Shown here: positions 44,175 to 51,406 of the stretch, one piece after another
How the letters are laid out: each line of letters starts with the position of its first letter
Numbering within the stretch: the first letter of the stretch is position 1
Source: a bacterium
Lineage (GTDB): Bacteria; Vulcanimicrobiota; Vulcanimicrobiia; Vulcanimicrobiales; Vulcanimicrobiaceae
Direction: 5' to 3'
Length of the DNA: 51,406 nucleotides
NCBI GenBank assembly: GCA_021781595.1
Contig: JAJXWN010000001.1
Span: forward strand, 1 to 51,406
Made by a program: the position numbers and the translations under genes
Notes under the pieces: generated by a model
What the model was told of the DNA's origin: nothing
Databases searched by the model: none
What the model saw: only the letters and a program-made list of their open reading frames with translations

Positions 44175-46307
44175 TCAGCTTCCGGTTCCGCCCCCGACGT
44201 GGAAGACGAGCTTGACCAGAAGCCGGTGCAGCGTCTGGTACGCGGCCGGCGTTCCGTAGTCGATGTAGATCTCGTCTTGGTTACGCAGACGCTGGTGGTA
44301 GGAGATCGCAAGGTTGGTTGCCGGAACCGCAAAACCGCCGGTGCCGTTGATCGAACGGATGCCGATGGCCAGCAGGGCGTCTCGCCCGAACGACCGGCTG
44401 AGTGAAACGCTGCGCAGCCACTGTGAGTTCGAACCTGGCTGCGCGCCTATTGACGCGTGTTCGATGCTTCCCGCGAACTCGAGCGAGACGCCGTAGGCTC
44501 CAAATTGCCGCATCGCCGACGCGTCGATCTGTTGAAGGTACGAGCCGCCGAAGGGTCCCCATGAATACGACGCATCGATGCGGTTCGGCGTACCGTCTTT
44601 GTACCCGACGCTCAGCGACTGCTGGTTGTAGGTCACGTTTTGCGGATTGGCGTAGACCGGATAGGGCGTGCCGTACAGGCGCAGTTCGCTCGTACCCGTG
44701 CCATAATTGAACGAGAGCAGACTCTTCAGGGTCACGTTGACGCTGGCGTCCACGTCGGCCTGGTGCACGGCGCCGCTACGGTCCGAATACCGGTCCCCGA
44801 CCAGGAACACTTCGTAGGACTGCACGCCGCCACGGTGCGGGCCGACGCCGTTGTATTGCCAAAACATCTGCGGACCGGCGATGTCGTTGCTCTGCGTGTA
44901 ACCGTCGACCGGCGCGAACTCGGGGCCGAGATCCTTATAGACGAGAAACGTCGATTGCCGCGCGCTCTGCAGGCCGCCCCCGAACTCGAGCGATTGCGCC
45001 GCACCCGGCGCGTTCACGTTCGTGCCCGTCTCCTGCTCGAAACGCACGATCGAGATTTCCCCGCTGTGCACGTTGCGCTGATCCAGCGCGAAGCCCGCTG
45101 CGTTGTCGCGAAGGCCAGTGTGGTTGGCGAGCACGTCTTCGAAGGAGACGCCGAACGAATTATTCGGAGGCGTGTAGTTGTAGCCCAACGCGGTATCGTC
45201 GAAGCCCGAACCAGAGACGTTGAGCGCGCCGATGGAACTGCTGCCGGCCGTGCCCTCAATCTTCAAGCCGCGGTTGAAGATGCCGATCGACGGCGTGTAG
45301 AACATCGTCTCGTAACCGTTGATATTGATCCCCGGCATAGCGTTGATGAACCGCGCTCCCTCGGAAAAGAACGGGCGGTACTCCTGATAGTTGCGCTGAA
45401 ATTCTTGCGGAGCGATCGTCGTTTGGTCCTGTTCGATATTCGAGAAGTCGGGGTTGAGCGTTCCGACCAGCGCGAGCGTATTGGTGAACGGGTACGTGGC
45501 GTCCAGCCCGATCGCGCGCGGATTCGTCTGCTCGAAATTTCCGATGCCGTTCTGAAATTGCCGGCGGTCGGAACCGGCGCTCGCGAGCGCGTAGACGTCG
45601 GCGCGCGGCTGCGGCTGCGTCGCGTGCGCGGCCAAGCGCAGGCCGTCGAGCCACGGCCAAAATTGCGACGCGCCGACGCCGTTCATGGCCGGATCGTACG
45701 CCCACGTGTATTCGTCGTTGGTCGCCGCGATATAGCGCTCGAAGTTCACGCGCCAACGCGCAACGGCGGCGCCCTGCGCGCGCAAATCCGCGAGCGGGAT
45801 CACCATCATCACATTATAATCGCCGTTCGGAAAGATCTCACCTACGGATTTCCACGGCGGAGCGTAACGCGAATCTTCGCTGGAGTGTTCGTCGTGGATG
45901 CCTTTCGGGGTGACCTTGAACGAGTAGACGCGCGATCCGTTGCCGGAGGTGTCGAGCGAAATCGCGACGTGATCGTCGCTGCCCACGCCGGCGTTGTTGA
46001 CGGTTTGAGCGGCCGTGATCGGCGTGCCGGTTTGCACGCAGTGAAAGCCGACGTAGAGATTGACGTCGTCGTATAGCAGATAGGCCGTTGTTGCATATTT
46101 GGCGGGCTCGCGCGTGGTGAAATCGAAGAAGCCCGTTGCGACGAGTGCCTTGCGCCAAGGCGCGGCGGTGAGCGACGCATCCAAGGGCGGGGACGTCGCG
46201 GTCTTGACGGCCGCGAAGTGCTGCGAGCTATCGACGGACGCGGCCGCCGTTCCCAAGGTGAAAGCTAGCGCAAGCACAAGGACAGAAAGAAAGACGCGTG
46301 AGAGCAT
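44175..46307 (-). CDS. CBM9-like/DUF5916-family putative outer-membrane protein
   Basis: The ATG at 46307 (MLSRVFLSVLVLALAFTLGTAAA, a signal peptide) is preceded by GGAG; alternative starts lie at 46319 and 46388. The N-terminal region LDASLTAAPWRKA...YATTAYLLYDDVNLYVGFHC resembles the CBM9-like domain of DUF5916 proteins (from memory). The C-terminal part is long and beta-rich. Confidence 0.6.
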   Translation of the reverse strand: MLSRVFLSVLVLALAFTLGTAAASVDSSQHFAAVKTATSPPLDASLTAAPWRKALVATGFFDFTTREPAKYATTAYLLYDDVNLYVGFHCVQTGTPITAAQTVNNAGVGSDDHVAISLDTSGNGSRVYSFKVTPKGIHDEHSSEDSRYAPPWKSVGEIFPNGDYNVMMVIPLADLRAQGAAVARWRVNFERYIAATNDEYTWAYDPAMNGVGASQFWPWLDGLRLAAHATQPQPRADVYALASAGSDRRQFQNGIGNFEQTNPRAIGLDATYPFTNTLALVGTLNPDFSNIEQDQTTIAPQEFQRNYQEYRPFFSEGARFINAMPGININGYETMFYTPSIGIFNRGLKIEGTAGSSSIGALNVSGSGFDDTALGYNYTPPNNSFGVSFEDVLANHTGLRDNAAGFALDQRNVHSGEISIVRFEQETGTNVNAPGAAQSLEFGGGLQSARQSTFLVYKDLGPEFAPVDGYTQSNDIAGPQMFWQYNGVGPHRGGVQSYEVFLVGDRYSDRSGAVHQADVDASVNVTLKSLLSFNYGTGTSELRLYGTPYPVYANPQNVTYNQQSLSVGYKDGTPNRIDASYSWGPFGGSYLQQIDASAMRQFGAYGVSLEFAGSIEHASIGAQPGSNSQWLRSVSLSRSFGRDALLAIGIRSINGTGGFAVPATNLAISYHQRLRNQDEIYIDYGTPAAYQTLHRLLVKLVFHVGGGTGS

Positions 46308-46347
46308 CACGCTCCACATACGCCGAAACGAGAAGAAAGTTTCCCGC

Positions 46348-47742
46348 ATGCCGCACCGGATGTACCGACCGCACCCGCTCGATGCCAAGATCGCCTCTGT
46401 ACTGCCGCCCGGCAGCCTGTACGCGGTCGGCGGGCGCGTGCGCGACGATCTGCGCGGCGCGGCCGAGGGCGCCGATCTCCTCGCGAAGGACCTCGATTAC
46501 CTAGTCGCCGGCCTACCGCTCGAGCGGGTATGCGAGCGGTTGGCGGCGCTCGGGCGCGTGGACCTGGTCGGGGCCTCCTTCGAGGTGCTCAAGCTCACCC
46601 TCGGCGGTACGACGGTCGACGTGGCGCTGCCGAGGCGCGAACGCTCGACCGGCGTGGGGCATCGCGATTTCGCCGTCGAGAGCGGGCCGCAGGTGTCGCT
46701 CGAGGAGGACTTGGCGCGCCGTGACTTCCGCATGAACGCGATTGCCCGCGCGCTGCCGTCGGGCGAGTTGGTCGATCCGTACGGCGGTGCGGCGGATATC
46801 CGCGCGCGCCGCATCGACATCCTGACGCCGCAGGCGTTCGAAGAGGACCCGCTGCGGATGCTCCGGGCCGCGCAGTTCGCGGCTCGCTTCGGCTATGCCC
46901 CGACCGCGGCGACCCTCGAAGCGATGCGCGCGGCAGCCCCGCTCGTTCGCAGCGTCTCGGCCGAGCGCATCGCTGAGGAGTTCACCAAACTGCTCGCGCG
47001 CGCGCCGGCGCCCTCGACCGGCTTCGAGCTGCTCTTGCAGACCGGCGTGCTGCGCGAGATCTGGCCGGAACTCGTCGAGGGCGTGGGGGTGGAGCAGAAC
47101 GAGTGGCACGCCTACGACGTTTGGCGCCACAACCTGGCAACGCTCGATGCCGTGCCGCCGGGGGACCTCACGTTGCGCCTAGCGGCGCTCCTGCACGATG
47201 TGGGGAAGCCGCACACGAAGGACGGACCGCACTTCTATCGCCACGAGGTCGTGGGCGGCGAGATGGCCCGGAGCATGCTCGGGCGGCTGCGCTTCGCCAA
47301 CGATATCGTAGAGACCGTCGAGCATCTGGTGCGCCAGCATATGTATGTCGCCAACCCCGAACAGACCGGCTCGGCATTGCGGCGCTTCATCCGGCGCGTC
47401 GGACCCGCGCATCTGGCGCGCCAGTTCGCGCTGCGCCACGCCGATATCATGGGCAGCGGCCTCCCCAGGCGCGACGGCTTCAACGAACGTTTCGAGCGGC
47501 TGGTGTGGTCGGAGGTGGAGCGCAAGCCGGCGTTTTCGATCGCCGATCTGCGGATCGACGGTGCCGCAGTCGTCGAAGCGATGGTGCGCAGGGGTCTCGC
47601 CCGGCCGGGATTTCGTGGGGACCGGCGCGTGGGCGAGGCGCTGGCGTACTTGTTCGAGCAGGTTACGGAGCAGCCCGAGCGTAACGAGCCGGAGTCGCTT
47701 CGGACGCTCCTCGAGCGGTATCTCGACGCCCTTTCAGCGTGA
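46348..47742 (+). CDS. cca: CCA-adding tRNA nucleotidyltransferase / poly(A) polymerase family with HD domain
   Basis: Start trimmed to the ATG at 46348 (MPHRMYRPHP...). Motifs: GGRVRDDLRG, DLDYLV, RRDFRMNAIA and the HD motif LLHDVGKP. Confidence 0.85.
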   Translation: MPHRMYRPHPLDAKIASVLPPGSLYAVGGRVRDDLRGAAEGADLLAKDLDYLVAGLPLERVCERLAALGRVDLVGASFEVLKLTLGGTTVDVALPRRERSTGVGHRDFAVESGPQVSLEEDLARRDFRMNAIARALPSGELVDPYGGAADIRARRIDILTPQAFEEDPLRMLRAAQFAARFGYAPTAATLEAMRAAAPLVRSVSAERIAEEFTKLLARAPAPSTGFELLLQTGVLREIWPELVEGVGVEQNEWHAYDVWRHNLATLDAVPPGDLTLRLAALLHDVGKPHTKDGPHFYRHEVVGGEMARSMLGRLRFANDIVETVEHLVRQHMYVANPEQTGSALRRFIRRVGPAHLARQFALRHADIMGSGLPRRDGFNERFERLVWSEVERKPAFSIADLRIDGAAVVEAMVRRGLARPGFRGDRRVGEALAYLFEQVTEQPERNEPESLRTLLERYLDALSA

Positions 47743-47797
47743 GCTGGCCGAACGGCCGAGCATCTCGAAAGGCGGTCGTAGGAGCGCTTTGTATCCC

Positions 47798-48589
47798 ATG
47801 GGGGACTCGCAACTGTCGCGGATCATCGCGCTCGTCAATCAGAAAGGCGGCGTCGGCAAGAGTACGACGACCGTCAATCTCGGTGCGGCGCTTGCCGTCT
47901 TGGGCAAGCGCGTGCTGGTGGTCGATTTGGATCCGCAGGGCAATACCACGACCGGTTTTGGGATCGACAAGCGCCAGGTGAAACGCGACGTATACGACCT
48001 GTTGCTGCATCAGTGCGCGATCGCCGACGTGCTTCGCCGCACCGAGATGGAGAATCTCGACATCATTCCGGCAACGATCAACCTTGCCGGCGCCGAGATC
48101 GAGCTGGTCTCCGCGCTCTCGCGCGAGAACCGCCTCAAAGGCGTGCTCGGTCCGATCTCGGACGATTACGACTTCGTCTTGATAGACTGCCCGCCTTCGC
48201 TCGGCCTTTTGACGATCAACGCCTTGACCGCAACGCGCGAAGTCGTAATCCCGGTGCAGGCCGAATATTACGCGCTCGAAGGGCTTTCTCAACTCACGAG
48301 CGTCGTGCGCCGCGTGCAAGAGGCGCTCAATCCACGTCTGCGCGTGACGGGCGTGCTGGTCACGATGTTCGACGGGCGCACGAAACTCGCGATGGACGTG
48401 CTCGAAGAGCTGAACGCGTACTTTCCGCGCCAGATGTTCAAGACGCAGATTCCGCGCAACGTGCGCCTCTCAGAGGCTCCGTCGTTCGGGAAACCCGTCA
48501 TTCTCTTCGATTTGAAGTCGCGCGGCGCACAGGCGTACATGGCCCTCGCGAGCGAGATGCTCGAACAGCAGACGGAGGTACCGGTATGA
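47798..48589 (+). CDS. parA: Chromosome partitioning ATPase ParA (Soj)
   Basis: Start trimmed to the ATG at 47798 (MGDSQLSRIIALVNQKGGVGKSTTTVNLG), with the deviant Walker A KGGVGKST. AGGAG lies about 13 nt upstream. Confidence 0.93.
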   Translation: MGDSQLSRIIALVNQKGGVGKSTTTVNLGAALAVLGKRVLVVDLDPQGNTTTGFGIDKRQVKRDVYDLLLHQCAIADVLRRTEMENLDIIPATINLAGAEIELVSALSRENRLKGVLGPISDDYDFVLIDCPPSLGLLTINALTATREVVIPVQAEYYALEGLSQLTSVVRRVQEALNPRLRVTGVLVTMFDGRTKLAMDVLEELNAYFPRQMFKTQIPRNVRLSEAPSFGKPVILFDLKSRGAQAYMALASEMLEQQTEVPV

Positions 48590-49458
48590 GCGAACGTTCC
48601 AAGCGGGGCCTGGGGCGCGGGCTAGGCGCGCTGCTGGGCGACGGGCCGGTTCAGGTTGCGGAGCTCGCGAGCGGCACGAGCGTGCGCGAGATTGCGGTCG
48701 ACCGCATCACGCCCAATCCGTTTCAACCGCGAAAGAATTTCGATCGTGCCTCGCTCGCGGATCTGCAAGCGTCGATAGCCGAGCACGGGGTGCTCGTGCC
48801 GATCATCGTTCGCGAGCGCGGCGACGGCTACGAACTCGTTGCGGGCGAACGTCGCTGGCGCGCCTGTGCCGCGCTGCAGATGGCGGGGATTCCGGCGATC
48901 GTGCGCCGCAGCGACGACCGCGACACCTTGGAGGTCGCGATCGTCGAAAACCTGCAGCGCGAAGATCTCAATCCCCTCGAGGAGGCGGCCGGCTTCGTGC
49001 AGTTGATCGATGAACATGACTATACGCAAGAGCAGGTCGCGCACCGGCTGGGGCGAAGCCGGCCCGCGATCGCCAACGCGCTGCGGCTACTCTCGCTGCC
49101 GGAGGCGGTGAAAGGAATGCTCGTCGACGGGCGCATCACTGCCGGGCACGCTCGAGCGCTGCTGGCCGCCCCCGAAGAGCATCGCCTGACGTTAGCGCGG
49201 CGGGTCGCAGACGAGGGCCTCTCGGTGCGCGCGCTCGAGCGGCTCGCGGGGGTCCTCTCCGGTCCGGTGGTGAGACCCGCAGCACGGGTTCCGGCGCTCA
49301 CGCCCGAGCAGCAAGATTTCGAGTCGCGGCTGCGCGTTAAACTTGGTGCGTACGTCGCGCTGCGCCGTAGCGGTAAGGGTGGGAGAGTCGAGATTCGCTA
49401 CACGAACGAAAAAGATTTGATGCGAATCGCCGACGCGTTGCTCGGCGACGTGGAATAA
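48586..49458 (+). CDS. parB: Chromosome partitioning protein ParB (Spo0J)
   Basis: Start trimmed to the ATG at 48586, overlapping the parA stop (ATGA). Motifs: KRGLGRGLGALL, the PNPFQPRK box, LVAGERRWRA and the HTH QEQVAHRLGRSRPAIANALRLL. Confidence 0.93.
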   Translation: MSERSKRGLGRGLGALLGDGPVQVAELASGTSVREIAVDRITPNPFQPRKNFDRASLADLQASIAEHGVLVPIIVRERGDGYELVAGERRWRACAALQMAGIPAIVRRSDDRDTLEVAIVENLQREDLNPLEEAAGFVQLIDEHDYTQEQVAHRLGRSRPAIANALRLLSLPEAVKGMLVDGRITAGHARALLAAPEEHRLTLARRVADEGLSVRALERLAGVLSGPVVRPAARVPALTPEQQDFESRLRVKLGAYVALRRSGKGGRVEIRYTNEKDLMRIADALLGDVE

Positions 49459-49460
49459 CG

Positions 49461-49646
49461 ATGATCCCACTCCAGCGCGCGATCTCGCTCGCGATGGCGG
49501 CTGTGATGGTCTGCGTCTTTCTCGTTCCGCTCGCTATTTCGCGCCATCAAGTGACGCTGGCGGCCGTCGTGGCCGCGGTCTTCTTCGTCTACTTAGCGTT
49601 CAACGCGTGGGTGTTCGTGCGTTTGCACAGGAGTCGCCGTTCGTGA
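49461..49646 (+). CDS. Small two-helix membrane protein (hypothetical)
   Basis: 61 aa with two hydrophobic helices (LAMAAVMVCVFLVPLAI and AAVVAAVFFVYLAFNAWVFV). The ATG is 2 nt after the parB stop, and its stop overlaps the thiE GTG. The only support is this tight coupling and its hydrophobicity. Confidence 0.45.
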   Translation: MIPLQRAISLAMAAVMVCVFLVPLAISRHQVTLAAVVAAVFFVYLAFNAWVFVRLHRSRRS

Positions 49647-50284
49647 CGGAACGGGAAGAACGCGCGCGAGGCCTGCACGGCATCTACGCGATCGTCGACG
49701 ATAGAGAAGACGGTGCCGGCACGCTCGTGCGAGCGGTTCTGGAGGGCGGCGCGCGCATCGTTCAATATCGCGCGAAGCGAGGCATCGACTTCACGCGCGC
49801 TCGGAACATGCTTGCGGCGGCTCGGGAGTGGGGCGCGCTCTTCATCGTGAACGACGATTGGCGTGCGGCGGAAACGCTCGACGCCGACGGCGTGCATCTG
49901 GGTCCCGGGGATGCGCGCGCGGACGAGATCGCGGCGATTCGCGCGGCGTTGCCGCACCGGCTGATCGGAGTGTCGTGCGGTACTCCGAAGGAAGCCCGCG
50001 CGGCCGAGGAGGCGGGCGCGGATTACGCCGGCGTCGGCGCGGTCTACGCTACGCAGTCGAAAGCCGATGCCGGCGAACCCATCGGCATCGCCGGGTTGCT
50101 GCGCGTTGCCGGTGCGACGTGCGTGCCGGTGGCTGCGATCGGCGGCATCGGCTTTGCGAATCTAGCCGAGATACGGCGCGCGGGCGTAGCGATGGCTGCG
50201 GTCATTTCGGCCATCGCCGCGAGCGACGATCCCCGCACAGCCACTGCGCGGCTGGTCGCGATTTGGGGCGGGGAAGGGCCGTGA
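49643..50284 (+). CDS. thiE: Thiamine-phosphate synthase ThiE
   Basis: GTG at 49643 (GTGA overlap), with AGGAG upstream. Sequence: GLHGIYAIVDD..., GARIVQYRAK, DGVHLG, LIGVSC and PVAAIGGI. Confidence 0.88.
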   Translation: MTEREERARGLHGIYAIVDDREDGAGTLVRAVLEGGARIVQYRAKRGIDFTRARNMLAAAREWGALFIVNDDWRAAETLDADGVHLGPGDARADEIAAIRAALPHRLIGVSCGTPKEARAAEEAGADYAGVGAVYATQSKADAGEPIGIAGLLRVAGATCVPVAAIGGIGFANLAEIRRAGVAMAAVISAIAASDDPRTATARLVAIWGGEGP

Positions 50285-51036
50285 GCGTTCCGGTCGTCGC
50301 GTCGATCGGGACGACGCATCCGTGGAACGTCGCCGGGCTCGGCCTCGATGCGCGGGTCTGCGCGGAGTACGGCGTTCGCAACGCCGGCGTGGTCGTTGCG
50401 GTGAGCGCGCAGGACGAGCGCGGCGTGCACGCATTGCACGCGATTCCAAGCGACGTCGTACGCGCGCAGCTTGCGGCCCTTCCGCATTCGGACGCGTACC
50501 GCGTAGGCGCGCTGGCCGGTGCGGAGAACGTCCGCGCGGTTGCTGCATACCTGCGCGATCGCGCGCTGACGGCGATCGTCGTCGACCCGGTTTTCAGCGC
50601 GACGCTCGGCGGCACGTTGGTCGACGAGGCCACCTATCGAGCGTTCGTAGCCGAGATCGTGCCGCTGCGTTCGATCTTCACGCCCAACATTCCGGAAGCG
50701 CAGCGCCTGCTCGAGCGCAAAATCGTGACGGGCGACGAGATGATCTCCGCGGCGCAGTCGCTGCAGGCCCTCGGCCCGCGAGCGGTGCTGCTCAAGGGCG
50801 GCCACCTCGACGGGGACCCCGTCGACGTCCTGGCGTTGCCCGGCGAGGCGCACGTCTATCGCGGCGGGCGGCTTCCGGGTTCGATGCGCGGAAGCGGTTG
50901 CGTGCTCGCCGCCGCGCTCGCCAGCGAGCTCGCCCGCGGCGAGCAGATCCCCGCCGCGGTCGAAAGCGCGCGCGCATACGTACGCGCAAAGATCGGCGCC
51001 GGCACGACCTTCGGCACGATGCAGGTAGCGTTTTAG
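50281..51036 (+). CDS. thiD: Hydroxymethylpyrimidine/phosphomethylpyrimidine kinase ThiD
   Basis: The GTG at 50281 overlaps the thiE stop (GTGA). Sequence: VVASIGTTHPWNVAGLGLD, VVDPV, FTPNIPEAQRLL, LLKGGH and GSGCVLAAALA. Confidence 0.88.
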   Translation: MSVPVVASIGTTHPWNVAGLGLDARVCAEYGVRNAGVVVAVSAQDERGVHALHAIPSDVVRAQLAALPHSDAYRVGALAGAENVRAVAAYLRDRALTAIVVDPVFSATLGGTLVDEATYRAFVAEIVPLRSIFTPNIPEAQRLLERKIVTGDEMISAAQSLQALGPRAVLLKGGHLDGDPVDVLALPGEAHVYRGGRLPGSMRGSGCVLAAALASELARGEQIPAAVESARAYVRAKIGAGTTFGTMQVAF

Positions 51037-51406
51037 GGAGCGTTCGGCTCGAGTCCGAGCGCGAGATGGTGCGCCGGCTGCACGCCAATCCGGGATTGAG
51101 GTCACAGGATAGCGACTCCGTACCGGCTCTTCAACGCAAAACCGCTGGCGGTTTCGACGCCATTCTCTAAATTAGGGAGAACCCAATGGGGTGACCACTG
51201 GATGGCACAGTTGCCTCTAGGCATCACCGGTCGGCAGGGCGACAGTGCCGCTGCGAGCCAGGAACCGGGGGGTTTTTCGCAGGTCGCGCATGCAGGTAGC
51301 CCGAGGTGCGTAATGCCGCCGGGGAACATCCAACACGCCTTTCGCAAGACCCGTTTGGAACTCATGGACGGAGATGTGGTGCACGACGCGAGCCTACGTT
51401 GAATCG

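Noticed and set aside
44640-46076. 478-aa plus-strand ORF opposite the DUF5916-like gene
   Set aside because: It is an antisense shadow ORF with Arg/Val/Asp-rich composition. The minus-strand product has a signal peptide and a recognisable N-terminal domain.
51102-51365. 87-aa minus-strand ORF and 66-aa plus-strand ORF (51202..51402) after thiD, and tentative matches of this region to cobalamin, FMN or ZTP riboswitches, tmRNA or RNase P RNA
   Set aside because: The ORFs are Cys/Trp/Pro-rich with no ribosome-binding site or family resemblance. For each RNA family only isolated fragments match. The obligatory cores (for example GAAAGUCCGG for RNase P, a T-arm and tag ORF for tmRNA, CUGAGA for TPP) are absent. 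The region is therefore reported only as unassigned.

Overview
High-GC chromosomal segment spanning the replication origin of a diderm, LPS-producing bacterium. The gene content resembles Cyanobacteria and other diderm Terrabacteria (LpxB-related paralog, DUF3084-like protein, short YidC, tamB-bamA-skp-lpxD linkage). Any finer taxon guess would be speculation. From about 1.5 to 33.4 kb there is one almost gap-free minus-strand array. It carries outer-membrane biogenesis genes: OMP/TPR/GT4, YqgF-like, DUF3084-like, lptF/G, lptB, an lptC/A-like lipoprotein, an O-antigen-ligase-like protein, an lpxB paralog, a metallophosphoesterase, lpxB-lpxA-fabZ-lpxC-lpxD, three skp/ompH paralogs, bamA and tamB. 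This array runs directly into gyrB, a DUF721 (DciA-like) gene, recF, dnaN and dnaA. From 33.8 kb the plus strand carries rpmH-rnpA-yidD-yidC-jag-mnmE-mnmG, then rsmG, then parA-parB-thiE-thiD. Two small accessory insertions break the usual mnmG-rsmG-parAB synteny. I found no rRNA, tRNA, CRISPR, prophage or recognisable defence system, and I do not see a clear-cut new multi-gene system. The observations most worth follow-up are: (1) a roughly 222-bp CTAG-flanked palindromic MITE-like element in three copies; two copies bracket lpxD and overlap its start and stop codons, and one supplies the C-terminus and stop of rnpA. (2) dnaA is split by a one-nucleotide frameshift at a G10 homopolymer. (3) A bipartite oriC candidate with DnaA boxes, a GC cluster, in-phase DnaA-trio-like TAG/TAA repeats and an AT-rich stretch between dnaA and dnaN. 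(4) A UshA-type metallophosphoesterase with a GNRE motif (LpxH-like His-to-Arg change) embedded between lpxB and an lpxB paralog; it is a candidate non-orthologous UDP-2,3-diacylglucosamine hydrolase. (5) A near-consensus parS site stranded next to rsmG, about 5 kb from parAB. Many long ORFs in the track are antisense or shadow ORFs typical of high-GC DNA and were rejected.
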